Virus record (IMG/VR): IMGVR_UViG_3300044648_000206
Span: 8,265-72,264 of that record
Origin: a virus
Strand: one strand, 5' to 3'
Length of the DNA stretch: 64,000 nt
Shown piece by piece: positions 35,545-43,891 of the stretch (the stretch's first letter is position 1; every line of letters begins with the position of its first letter). Both the position numbers and the translations under genes were made by a program. Below the pieces are notes generated by a model. That model ran no database searches. It saw only the letters and a list, made by a program, of their open reading frames with translations, and had not been told where the DNA came from.

Positions 35545-37734
35545 TCACGGGTGGTTGTGACCGTCGATGCGCGGGATGTCTTTCCAGCTGGGGTCGTCGT
35601 CCGTGACGCGCTCGAGGATGACTTCCTTCCACGCCCGGATGCGCGGGTTCTCCCGCCGCACGTCGTCGTCGAGGCGGTGCATCCGCACCTCGGCCACCCG
35701 GTAGCGCCCCATGATCATCGGGTTGACCGCTCCGTCCACGTCCGGGATGAAGCCGTCGAACCGGTTCTCCTTGAAGGTGAAGACCTGCGGCACTCGCATG
35801 AAGTCGGGCCGAGACTCGTGGACCGCCTCCAGGGCGGCCTGCACGTCCTCGTTCTCACTGATCAGGTGGAAGAGCAGCGACTCCTCGAGCGAGGCCTTGT
35901 CCTGGAAGGTGTACCCGTCGACCAGCTCGTCCTCGTCCTCGATCATGTTGAAGAGGTCCTGCCGGAGCTGGGTGTAGTCGCCTCGGTGGTAGGCGGTGCG
36001 GGTCTTGGCCCGCAGCCCGGCCTCCCGGAAGACCTTGACGATCTCGCCGTCCTCCATGTTGTTGACGATGTCGGCGAGGTTGTCCTTCATGTCCTCGTAG
36101 ACGACGTTCTCCTGGTCCCAGACGTCCTGCATCAGGGTCTGGTCCTCGGCCACCAGGTCGTCGGTGTAGTGGTAGAAGTCGTCCAGTCGCCGGATCATGT
36201 CGACCGGGGAGCGCCCCTGGTGGGCCTGGATCGGCATCGGCACCGACCGGTCCACCTTGTGCTTCTCGTAGGCAGCCTCGGCGGCCATCTCGTCGAAGTC
36301 CAGCACCACGCCGGTCCGCAGCTCGGGCACCCCGACCGCAGGCTCCCCCGCCCGCTCCGGCTTGTACTCGTTCTTCTGGGCGAAGTAGGCGTCGGCCGGC
36401 AGGAAGACCCAGTGGTCGTCGTCGGGCGCGACCTCCTCGGCGTCGACCTCCTGCAGCTGGCCGTTGACGATGATGTAGATCCGGCGCCGGCGGCCGGTGG
36501 TCTTCATCTTGGAGCCCTGCGGGGCGAAGATGTCGCCGGGCGCGAACAGGTCAGGCGCGCCGAACAGGGTGGGCGGCGGGGCGAACAGGGTGGGGGCCTG
36601 GGCCCCGAACAGGTCCGGCGGCGACGACTGGGTGCCGAACAGGTCCGGGACCTTGGTGCCGAACAGGTCAGGCACCTCCTCGACCTGCTCCTGGCGGGCC
36701 CGCTCGAACATGGCGGCCGCCTCGTTGGTGTCGCGCTCCTTGACCGGCATCGGCCGGGCCACCCGCTTGACCCGCGACTCCTTGCGCGCGAACTGGCCCT
36801 GGCTGTCCCGGTCGTACGGGTCGTCGCCCAGGGCCTTCTCGACGTTGATCTCCGGGTAGACCAGGGCGAGCTCGCACCGGCAGTTCGGGTGGACCCCGGG
36901 CGCCCACAGCCGCTGGCCGTTGGGCAGGGTGAATTGCTCGGAGAGCCGGACCTCGCGCTTGTGCAGCGGGCCGCAGACCTTGCAGACCAGCTCGTCGTCG
37001 GCGGTGATCCACCGCTTCCGGGTGCCGTAGGGCATCTGCCCGGCCTGCTCCTCGTAGAGCCAGACGATGCTCTTGGCCACCTCGCGGGCGTGCCAGGCCT
37101 CGGTCTGGCCCAGGACGTCGGCCCGGGCCAGCATGGCCCGCTCGAGCGCCCGGCGTGCCCCCGGCCGGATCAGGTCGCTGATCGGACCCTCCTGGACGGC
37201 CTGCTGAGCCACCCAGGACCGCAGCCGGCGCTCGTCCAGCCCGTAGCCCTCCATGGCCCGCAGCCAGCTCAGGGTGGGGCTCACGCCCCGCCGCAGCTGC
37301 TCCCGGTACCCGGCGACCACTGCGTTGGCGCTGGTGGCGTGGACCTGCTGGCCGAGCCGGGCCGCGTAGTCGGCTGCCACCGCAGTCAGCTCGGGGCCGG
37401 TCAGCCCCTGGGAGGCCATCACCTGGGCGATGGCCGGCTGGGTCACCCGCATCCACATCGGGGCGTGCCGGGTGAAGAACAGGTGCAGCGCGCCCTCGGG
37501 GTCCGGCGGCGGGCCGGGCATCTCCCGGCGGGCCTTGGCGATGGCGTACAGCCGCCAGGCCATGTAGGAGCCCGCGATGATCACCACGGCCTTGAGGAAG
37601 TCGCTCTCCTCGGCCGTGTCGTCCTCGGACGGCGGCGGAGTGAAGGGCAGGTTGTCCCGCAGGAAGGCCTCAGGGTCGCCGGAGGCGAGGAAGGCCGCCC
37701 CCGGGTCCTGCAGCTCCAGCGGGGCTTGGGTCAC
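35545..37734 (-). CDS. MuF-like minor head protein with long C-terminal extension
   Basis: KRWITADDELVCKVCGPLH...PGVHPNCRC (MuF signature). Confidence 0.85.
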   Translation of the reverse strand: MTQAPLELQDPGAAFLASGDPEAFLRDNLPFTPPPSEDDTAEESDFLKAVVIIAGSYMAWRLYAIAKARREMPGPPPDPEGALHLFFTRHAPMWMRVTQPAIAQVMASQGLTGPELTAVAADYAARLGQQVHATSANAVVAGYREQLRRGVSPTLSWLRAMEGYGLDERRLRSWVAQQAVQEGPISDLIRPGARRALERAMLARADVLGQTEAWHAREVAKSIVWLYEEQAGQMPYGTRKRWITADDELVCKVCGPLHKREVRLSEQFTLPNGQRLWAPGVHPNCRCELALVYPEINVEKALGDDPYDRDSQGQFARKESRVKRVARPMPVKERDTNEAAAMFERARQEQVEEVPDLFGTKVPDLFGTQSSPPDLFGAQAPTLFAPPPTLFGAPDLFAPGDIFAPQGSKMKTTGRRRRIYIIVNGQLQEVDAEEVAPDDDHWVFLPADAYFAQKNEYKPERAGEPAVGVPELRTGVVLDFDEMAAEAAYEKHKVDRSVPMPIQAHQGRSPVDMIRRLDDFYHYTDDLVAEDQTLMQDVWDQENVVYEDMKDNLADIVNNMEDGEIVKVFREAGLRAKTRTAYHRGDYTQLRQDLFNMIEDEDELVDGYTFQDKASLEESLLFHLISENEDVQAALEAVHESRPDFMRVPQVFTFKENRFDGFIPDVDGAVNPMIMGRYRVAEVRMHRLDDDVRRENPRIRAWKEVILERVTDDDPSWKDIPRIDGHNHP
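36524..36675 (-). repeat. in-frame tandem P(D/T)LF(G/A) repeats
   Basis: VPDLFGTKVPDLFGTQSSPPDLFGAQAPTLFAPPPTLFGAPDLFAPGDIFAP; GAACAGGT recurs on the plus strand. Confidence 0.8.
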
Positions 37735-40700
37735 CGCTGGTCGTCCTCACGGCGCTCCGCTGACCCGTCGATGACCCGGGGGTCCTGGCCGCTGGCGATG
37801 TGCCGGGCGGTCGACGGGTCGTTGGTCTGGATCACGATGTCCCGGTCCCGCATGGCCGCCTCGCGCTCCCGCCGCTCGAGGTCGGCCTGGTCGGCCAGGT
37901 GCTTCTCGGCCTCGTCCTTGCGACGCAGCGCCTGCTTGTAGATCATCGCGTTGCGGATGTTCTGCTCGTAGCGCGGGGCGTGCGAGGGCCGCAGCCGGCC
38001 CTCACTGCCCAGGGCCGCCTGGTAGAACCGGTACTGCTCGCGGATGTAGTCGTCGATGTCCTGCTTCTCGCCGACGTGGATCTTGGCCTTCTTGCTCTCG
38101 GCCACCCGCTGGTACTGCGCCGGCGTCCGGCCCGGGCCAACCTCGTCGCCGAAGTCGTAGGTCACGTCCATCGCGTTGCCGAGCATCATCTCGACCAGGT
38201 CCCACTCCCGGCCCTTCTTGGCCTGCTCAGGACGCTCCAGCCGGTCGACCGAGTCCTGCGGGACGCTGCCGAAGCCCTTGTCCATGAAGGTCCGCACGTC
38301 CTCGAGTAGGCCCTTCTTGGCGGCCGCCGGGTTGCGGCGGGCCTCCTCCAGGAAGGTCCGGTCGTCCATGGCGTACAGCCAGCGCATGTTGTCGTCGAGC
38401 TGGTTGCGCACCGGGCCGATCGCCGTCGCCCGGCCGGTGTTCGGGTCGGTGATGGAGGTACGGCCACGCAGCTCCCGACGCAGGGCGACCATCGCCTCGA
38501 GGTCCTGGTCCGGCCGGCCACCCGCAGCAGGAGCCTCGGTAGCCTGAGCCTTCTCCTCGACCTTCGCGGGAGTCTTGTCCCGGGACGGCAGAGCGGTGAC
38601 CAGGCGGTTCTGGTGGCGCACCGTGTCGGCGGTGAGCTTGCCGGTCGCGCCGTGCGGTCCCGGCAGCCCAGGGATGCCCTCGATCGAGGTGTCGTAGTAG
38701 CCGACCAGTGCGCCTTCGGGCCGGTTGAACCGGGGCTTCACGTAGCCGTAGTCGAAGCCCTTGGGGTCCCGGTTCCGCCAGTCGACGTTGGTGATGTAGT
38801 AGGGGAACTGCTGCTGCAGCGCCTCCATGGACTTGTGGTAGCCCATGCCGTTGAGCTCGAGCGGGGACCGCTTGGCGCGCTCCTCGGACTCGGCCCGGGA
38901 CAGGACCTCCTCGAACTCGTCGTTCCAGCCCTTGGAGCCGATGACCGCCTCCGGGGTGGCAAAGCCGGCCGCCACGTACTGGCGGGCCTCCTCCTCGACG
39001 AACTGCGGGGCGGTCAGCGGCGCGCTGAGGTGACCGTAGAGCGCGTTGTGCTGGGCCCGGCGGGAGGCGACCTCACGGCCGATCTCCTCCTGGGCCAGCG
39101 CCGTCCAGTCCGCGGCGTAGCCGTCCTGGGTCTTCATGTGGGACGCCTTGGCGTTGACGAAGTCCTCGGCCAGCTTCCGCTTCTGAGCCTCGGAGAGCTG
39201 CGGGTCGCGCTTCTCCTCCTCGATCAGCTCGGAGAGGCGCTCGTCGTACTCCTTGCGGTCGGTGCGGTCCCGGGGGTTGAGCCCCTCGGCCGCCACCATC
39301 GCGTGCAGGTCGCGCATCCGCTCGGCCGGGATCTCGGCCAGCCGGACGTCCTGGGACTTCACCGCGTCAAGCAGGTGGCCGTACCGCTTGACCATCCGGC
39401 CGGCCTTGTCCGAGTAGCGCCGGGTGCCCCGGAAGGACTCGTCGAACTCGATGGTGAAGACACCGTTGTGGCTGACCACGGTGACCGAGCGGGCGCCGCT
39501 CATCAGGCCGGTGTAGATGTCCTCGGTGGTCGGGCCGCCGAAGGTACGAGTCCGGATGTAGTCCCCACCCCGCAGCTTGCTCAGGGTCTTGAGGTTGAAG
39601 GGCAGGTACCAGTCGTCGCCGTAGCCGACAGCCTGGGTGACGACCTTGCCCTTCTTGTCGATGATGACGCCCTCGGAGGGCGGGATCGTGCCGGACTTGC
39701 GCTGCAGGTGCATCAGCTCGGCGTCGGGCAGCCGGTTCTGGAAGTAGGAGACCAGCTTGGACTCCTGGTGCACCGCAGGGCCGTGCCCGTGGCGCTCCCA
39801 CTTGCCGTAGATCACCTGGTCGCGGCTGCTCGAGGAGACCACCGACTGCAGGCCGGGGTCGGGGCGCTTCTCCACGCCCCGGTAGCGGTAAGCCGCCCGG
39901 TCGGCGTGTGGGCCGATGACCTTCTGGGCCTCCGGACCGTACTGGCCGGCGATCTCGGCCGTCCGCAGCGCCATCTGGGCCTGGTAGGGCAGGGTGGGGC
40001 CGGCCAGGTCGCTGAGCAGCTTGGAGCCGGCCCGCATCCGGCGGAAGACCCGGCTGGACGGGTTGCGGACGTCCTCGGCGTCGAGGGTGTCCCAGTCCTC
40101 GGCGAAGGTCTTGAAGTTCTCCAGGCCGGGAGCCTTGCCCGTCTCCGGGTCGAGCGTCATGGCACGAGCCGCCCGACCGCCCGCAGCCGGGGAGCCGGTG
40201 AGCCCACCGACCAGGTTGAAGGCCGCGCCCTCCACGTTGAGCCCGCCGTCGACGATGACCGAGGCCTCGACCAGCTTCTTCTCCGCCGGGCCCTTGAACT
40301 TGGAGGCGTCCAGGTAGTCGTCTGGCTTCTGGCCCGGCACGTAGGGAACCGAGACCCGCTCGAGACCACCGAGCGGGCCCTTGCGGTAGAGCAGGCTGAC
40401 GGTGGCCGTCCCGGCCGGCACCTCGGTGAACTCGTCAAGCATCCCGGCCAGCTGCAGGTAGGCCTGGTGGTACTGGGCCCGGTCCCGGCGGCTGAGGTGC
40501 TTGGCCTTGTCCTCCTGCATCCCGATCGAGCCGGCGAACCGGCCGCTCATCGGCTTGGCCCGGTCGTTGTACCGGATGATCTTCGTCTTGGACTTGAACT
40601 GGCCGGTGCGCGGGTCGTGGCCCTGCAGCTGGGCGAAGCGCCGGCGCTCCTCGGTGGTCAGCGAGCCGAAGCCGGCCTTGGAGACCACCTCGGCCACCCG

Positions 40701-40958
40701 GTGCAGGTGGTCCACGTCGTCACCGCTGGCGCGCTTGGAGACGTAGGTGCGGACCACACCCTCCTTGAGGTAGGCAGCCCGCTTGGAGACGATGGTGTCG
40801 ATCCGGTGCTGGAGGACGTCCTGGTGGACCTCCATGTCGTGCTGGAGGGCGCCCCAGACGACCATCCGGGCGTACTCGGCCGCAGCCTCGGGCTCGAGCG
40901 ACATGATGTCGTCGTAGACCCGCTTCGCGATGCCGGTCAGCGGCCGCAGCGTCGTCAC
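37731..40958 (-). CDS. large putative internal head protein with degenerate JAB/MPN-like domain
   Basis: GTG start after AGGAG; EGVIIDKKG...G....LPF...GGDYIRTRTFGGPTTEDI...VTVVSHNGVFTI. Confidence 0.65.
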   Translation of the reverse strand: MTTLRPLTGIAKRVYDDIMSLEPEAAAEYARMVVWGALQHDMEVHQDVLQHRIDTIVSKRAAYLKEGVVRTYVSKRASGDDVDHLHRVAEVVSKAGFGSLTTEERRRFAQLQGHDPRTGQFKSKTKIIRYNDRAKPMSGRFAGSIGMQEDKAKHLSRRDRAQYHQAYLQLAGMLDEFTEVPAGTATVSLLYRKGPLGGLERVSVPYVPGQKPDDYLDASKFKGPAEKKLVEASVIVDGGLNVEGAAFNLVGGLTGSPAAGGRAARAMTLDPETGKAPGLENFKTFAEDWDTLDAEDVRNPSSRVFRRMRAGSKLLSDLAGPTLPYQAQMALRTAEIAGQYGPEAQKVIGPHADRAAYRYRGVEKRPDPGLQSVVSSSSRDQVIYGKWERHGHGPAVHQESKLVSYFQNRLPDAELMHLQRKSGTIPPSEGVIIDKKGKVVTQAVGYGDDWYLPFNLKTLSKLRGGDYIRTRTFGGPTTEDIYTGLMSGARSVTVVSHNGVFTIEFDESFRGTRRYSDKAGRMVKRYGHLLDAVKSQDVRLAEIPAERMRDLHAMVAAEGLNPRDRTDRKEYDERLSELIEEEKRDPQLSEAQKRKLAEDFVNAKASHMKTQDGYAADWTALAQEEIGREVASRRAQHNALYGHLSAPLTAPQFVEEEARQYVAAGFATPEAVIGSKGWNDEFEEVLSRAESEERAKRSPLELNGMGYHKSMEALQQQFPYYITNVDWRNRDPKGFDYGYVKPRFNRPEGALVGYYDTSIEGIPGLPGPHGATGKLTADTVRHQNRLVTALPSRDKTPAKVEEKAQATEAPAAGGRPDQDLEAMVALRRELRGRTSITDPNTGRATAIGPVRNQLDDNMRWLYAMDDRTFLEEARRNPAAAKKGLLEDVRTFMDKGFGSVPQDSVDRLERPEQAKKGREWDLVEMMLGNAMDVTYDFGDEVGPGRTPAQYQRVAESKKAKIHVGEKQDIDDYIREQYRFYQAALGSEGRLRPSHAPRYEQNIRNAMIYKQALRRKDEAEKHLADQADLERREREAAMRDRDIVIQTNDPSTARHIASGQDPRVIDGSAERREDDQR

Positions 40959-42052
40959 TTCTTCTCCTTCGTTCGGCGAGCGGCCGCGACGGCTGCTGCA
41001 CTTGCCCCGAGGGTGACTGCGGTCCCCAGGGCGGTTCCCGACTTGCCCCGGTGCGTCCACCCGAGGGCCCTGTGGGTCTTGGCCCCCGGCATGTCCTTGG
41101 GGTAGTTCCGGTACATGCCTGCGGTGAAGGCACCGTGCATCGCCTTCACGTTCTTGAGCTTCTTGTCGGTCTTCGACCGGGACATCCCGGACGCCTCGTG
41201 CTTGCGTGCTGCTGAGTGCTTGGCCTGGTAACCGGCCAGCTGGTACCCAGCCTGTCCTGCCCCGCCACCCAGGACGGCGGCGACCGCGGTCTTCTTGGCC
41301 TTCTTCTCGTCCTTGGAGGCGACCCGCTCGGCACCGTAGGAGGCTCCGCCACCTGCCGCAGAAGCCGCAGAAACACCGGCGCCCCAGCGTGCGGCGTCCA
41401 TGGCCGGGCCGCGACCGTAGGCCTTGGTGATGTCCTGGCCGGCCGCGATGGCGTCGAAAGCCTTGTTGATCCGGGCCTGCTGCTCGCTCTTGGTGGGCAG
41501 CAGTCGCTCCCGCTCACCGCTGGAGAACTCCCGACCCTCCTCGTAGCGGGTAGGTCCGGTCGTCGGGGGAGTCGGGGTCTTCTTGGTGGCCACCTGGCGC
41601 AGCTTGCGCCGGTTGCGGGCACCCGCGCGGAACCGCACCACGGTGTCCTTCGGGGTCAGCTCGTCGTCGTCGAAGCGGAACCGCTTCTTGGGCAGGCCAG
41701 ACTCGAGCTTGGCCCGGTGGGTGCGGTTCTTGTCCCGGATGGCGACGTAGGCGTCCTTGGTGTCGTTGATGAGCCGCCGGTCGCCCTGGTCCGAGGCGAA
41801 GGTGCGCATCCCGGACCGGTTGAGCGCGACCACGGTCCGCTTCATCTTCCGGTCGACGTTGTAGGTGTTGCCGTTCGGGGCGTCGAAGGTGGTCTGCTTG
41901 TGCCGGGGCTCGACCGAGTCGACCTCCGAGCGCCGCTTGTACGGCTCCTTCGGCGCCTTGGGCGGCTTGCCGAACCGGTTGGCGTGGATGTACCCACCAG
42001 CGCCGGCGACCGCGGCGCCAGCCCCGATCGCCACCGCCTTGCGCCGGCTCAC
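40955..42052 (-). CDS. basic Gly/Ala-rich putative cargo protein
   Basis: GTGA-coupled to portal; Gly-zipper helices; INKA, ITKA. Confidence 0.6.
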   Translation of the reverse strand: MSRRKAVAIGAGAAVAGAGGYIHANRFGKPPKAPKEPYKRRSEVDSVEPRHKQTTFDAPNGNTYNVDRKMKRTVVALNRSGMRTFASDQGDRRLINDTKDAYVAIRDKNRTHRAKLESGLPKKRFRFDDDELTPKDTVVRFRAGARNRRKLRQVATKKTPTPPTTGPTRYEEGREFSSGERERLLPTKSEQQARINKAFDAIAAGQDITKAYGRGPAMDAARWGAGVSAASAAGGGASYGAERVASKDEKKAKKTAVAAVLGGGAGQAGYQLAGYQAKHSAARKHEASGMSRSKTDKKLKNVKAMHGAFTAGMYRNYPKDMPGAKTHRALGWTHRGKSGTALGTAVTLGASAAAVAAARRTKEKK

Positions 42053-43857
42053 TTCTTGCCCTTGGGCGGGGCCTTCTTCGGCGTGGCCTTCTTGGCAGGC
42101 TTCTTGGCAGCCGACTGCTGCTGGGCCTTCTGGCGCTCGAGCAGCAGCCGCTGGCGCTGCGACATCCGGGAGTAGGTCAGCTCCTGCTTGCCCTTGTCAC
42201 GCTCGAACCGCAGGGACTGCTTGTTCCGCTCGGACTCGGTCTTGAGCCCGGTCTTGTGCCGCTCCTGCTCGATCTGCAGCTTGGTCTTGTGCGCCTCGTC
42301 CTTGTGGCGCATGTCCTGCTCGGCCATCTGCCGCTTGATCTCGATGTCGGTGTCCTGGACCGCTGAGGGGTCCGGCTGGGGCTGCTCCATCTGCATCTGC
42401 TGCTGCTGCAGACCGAGAGCGCCCTGCTGGGCCTCCATCTGCATCCCGAGCATCTCCATGCGCTGCTGGGCGACCCGCATGACGTCGGCCTGCCGGCTCT
42501 CCAGCTCGAGGGCAGCCTCGGCCTCCTCGGACAGCTGGGGCAGCCGGGCGGCGTCCCGGACGAACTTCTCGAGCTCGGCGTCCGGGAACCAGACCACGCC
42601 AGCCTGAGCCATCTGGCCCATGAACTGGCCGAGCTGGGTGAGGTCGGGCGGGTCGACGTCGTTGGGCACGATCTTCGGCAGCTTCTCCGGGGTCCATGCG
42701 TTGATCTTGAACAGACGCGGGATGGCGTTCCGGTTGAAGACGTCGGCGATGGCCCGGGCGATGGAGTTGATCGCCGTGCGGAACAGGCCGGACTTGTCGG
42801 TGTGCATGGCGTAGGAGCCGACCGACTCGTGACCGACCAGGATGAAGTCGGCCAGAACGGTCATCAGCATCCGCTGCTCGTACCGCTGGATGATGGCCGA
42901 GGTGTCGAAGGCCCGGGTGCCGCCGGAGCTGAGCAGCTCGAAGTCGAACAGCGGCTGCTTGGTTTCCTGGTCGTACAGGGTGGGCAGGACGATGCCCTCC
43001 TGCTCGTCCCGGCGCACCGAGCGGACCATGCGCTTGTAGGCCTCGACCATCTTGGCCTTGTCGGTGCCCGGCTGGGCGTTGAGGTAGTCGGCCGGCACCC
43101 GCCCGACCGGCATACCGGCCAGGTCGCGCTCGGCGCCGATGGCCTCGATCTCCTCGAGGCGCTTCTTCATGTACCAGGGCCGGTAGGCGTTGCGCAGGAT
43201 CGAGCGGCCCTCGGGGTTGTTCTTCACCGAGTTCGGCCGGAAGAGCAGGCACTTCTCGATCGGCAGCGGCACCGGGCGGTAGCTCGGCGGCGCCATCTGG
43301 ATCATGCCCTTGAGCGAGCCGTTGTCGTCGAAGACCCACCGCAGCAGGGTCTCCTGCGCACGCAGCGGCATCTTGCGCCAGCCGATCTTGCCGTCCGTGT
43401 ACTGGCTCTTCTTGAGCGGGTCCTCCTCCCAGGGGCCGACCCGGCGCTTGTAGCAGATCTCGTTCATGGCCCAGCCGTAGGGCAGCATGGTGAGGATCTC
43501 GGAGATCAGGTCGTCCCAGGTGTGGGACATGTCCTCCATGCACTGCTCGACGAACTCGGCAGCTTCCTTGTCCTCCGGGGCGTCCCCGGCGGCCTCCACC
43601 CGCCACTCGACCTGGCGCAGCAGCCGGTCGATGGCGAAGAGCAGCGCACCCACGATGGGGTCGTTGGTCTCCATCTCCCGGAAGATCTGGACGGCCTTGC
43701 GGCCGCGCAGCTGCGGGAGGAACTCCTCGTCGATGTACCCGCCCGTACGGCGCAGGCCGGTCTGCCCCAGCTCGACGTGCGTCGGCACGTTCGTGGGCAT
43801 CTCGTCGAGGGCCTCGAGGCTCTCGTCCTCGTACCCGAGGTGGGGGCTGACGGTCAT
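42049..43857 (-). CDS. portal protein (Mu gp29/DUF935-like) with Q/K-rich C-terminal extension
   Basis: EM..NDPIVGALL...YGW...EI.YK...NNPEGRSILRNAYRPW...ERDLAG.P; follows TerL. Confidence 0.9.
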   Translation of the reverse strand: MTVSPHLGYEDESLEALDEMPTNVPTHVELGQTGLRRTGGYIDEEFLPQLRGRKAVQIFREMETNDPIVGALLFAIDRLLRQVEWRVEAAGDAPEDKEAAEFVEQCMEDMSHTWDDLISEILTMLPYGWAMNEICYKRRVGPWEEDPLKKSQYTDGKIGWRKMPLRAQETLLRWVFDDNGSLKGMIQMAPPSYRPVPLPIEKCLLFRPNSVKNNPEGRSILRNAYRPWYMKKRLEEIEAIGAERDLAGMPVGRVPADYLNAQPGTDKAKMVEAYKRMVRSVRRDEQEGIVLPTLYDQETKQPLFDFELLSSGGTRAFDTSAIIQRYEQRMLMTVLADFILVGHESVGSYAMHTDKSGLFRTAINSIARAIADVFNRNAIPRLFKINAWTPEKLPKIVPNDVDPPDLTQLGQFMGQMAQAGVVWFPDAELEKFVRDAARLPQLSEEAEAALELESRQADVMRVAQQRMEMLGMQMEAQQGALGLQQQQMQMEQPQPDPSAVQDTDIEIKRQMAEQDMRHKDEAHKTKLQIEQERHKTGLKTESERNKQSLRFERDKGKQELTYSRMSQRQRLLLERQKAQQQSAAKKPAKKATPKKAPPKGKK

Positions 43858-43880
43858 GAAGTCATCGTCTCCGTGCTGTC
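43858..43880 (-). promoter_or_regulatory. putative leaderless late promoter (portal)
   Basis: GACAG-N6-GACGAT-N6-ATG. Confidence 0.55.
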
Positions 43881-43891
43881 TTGTCGCTCGG

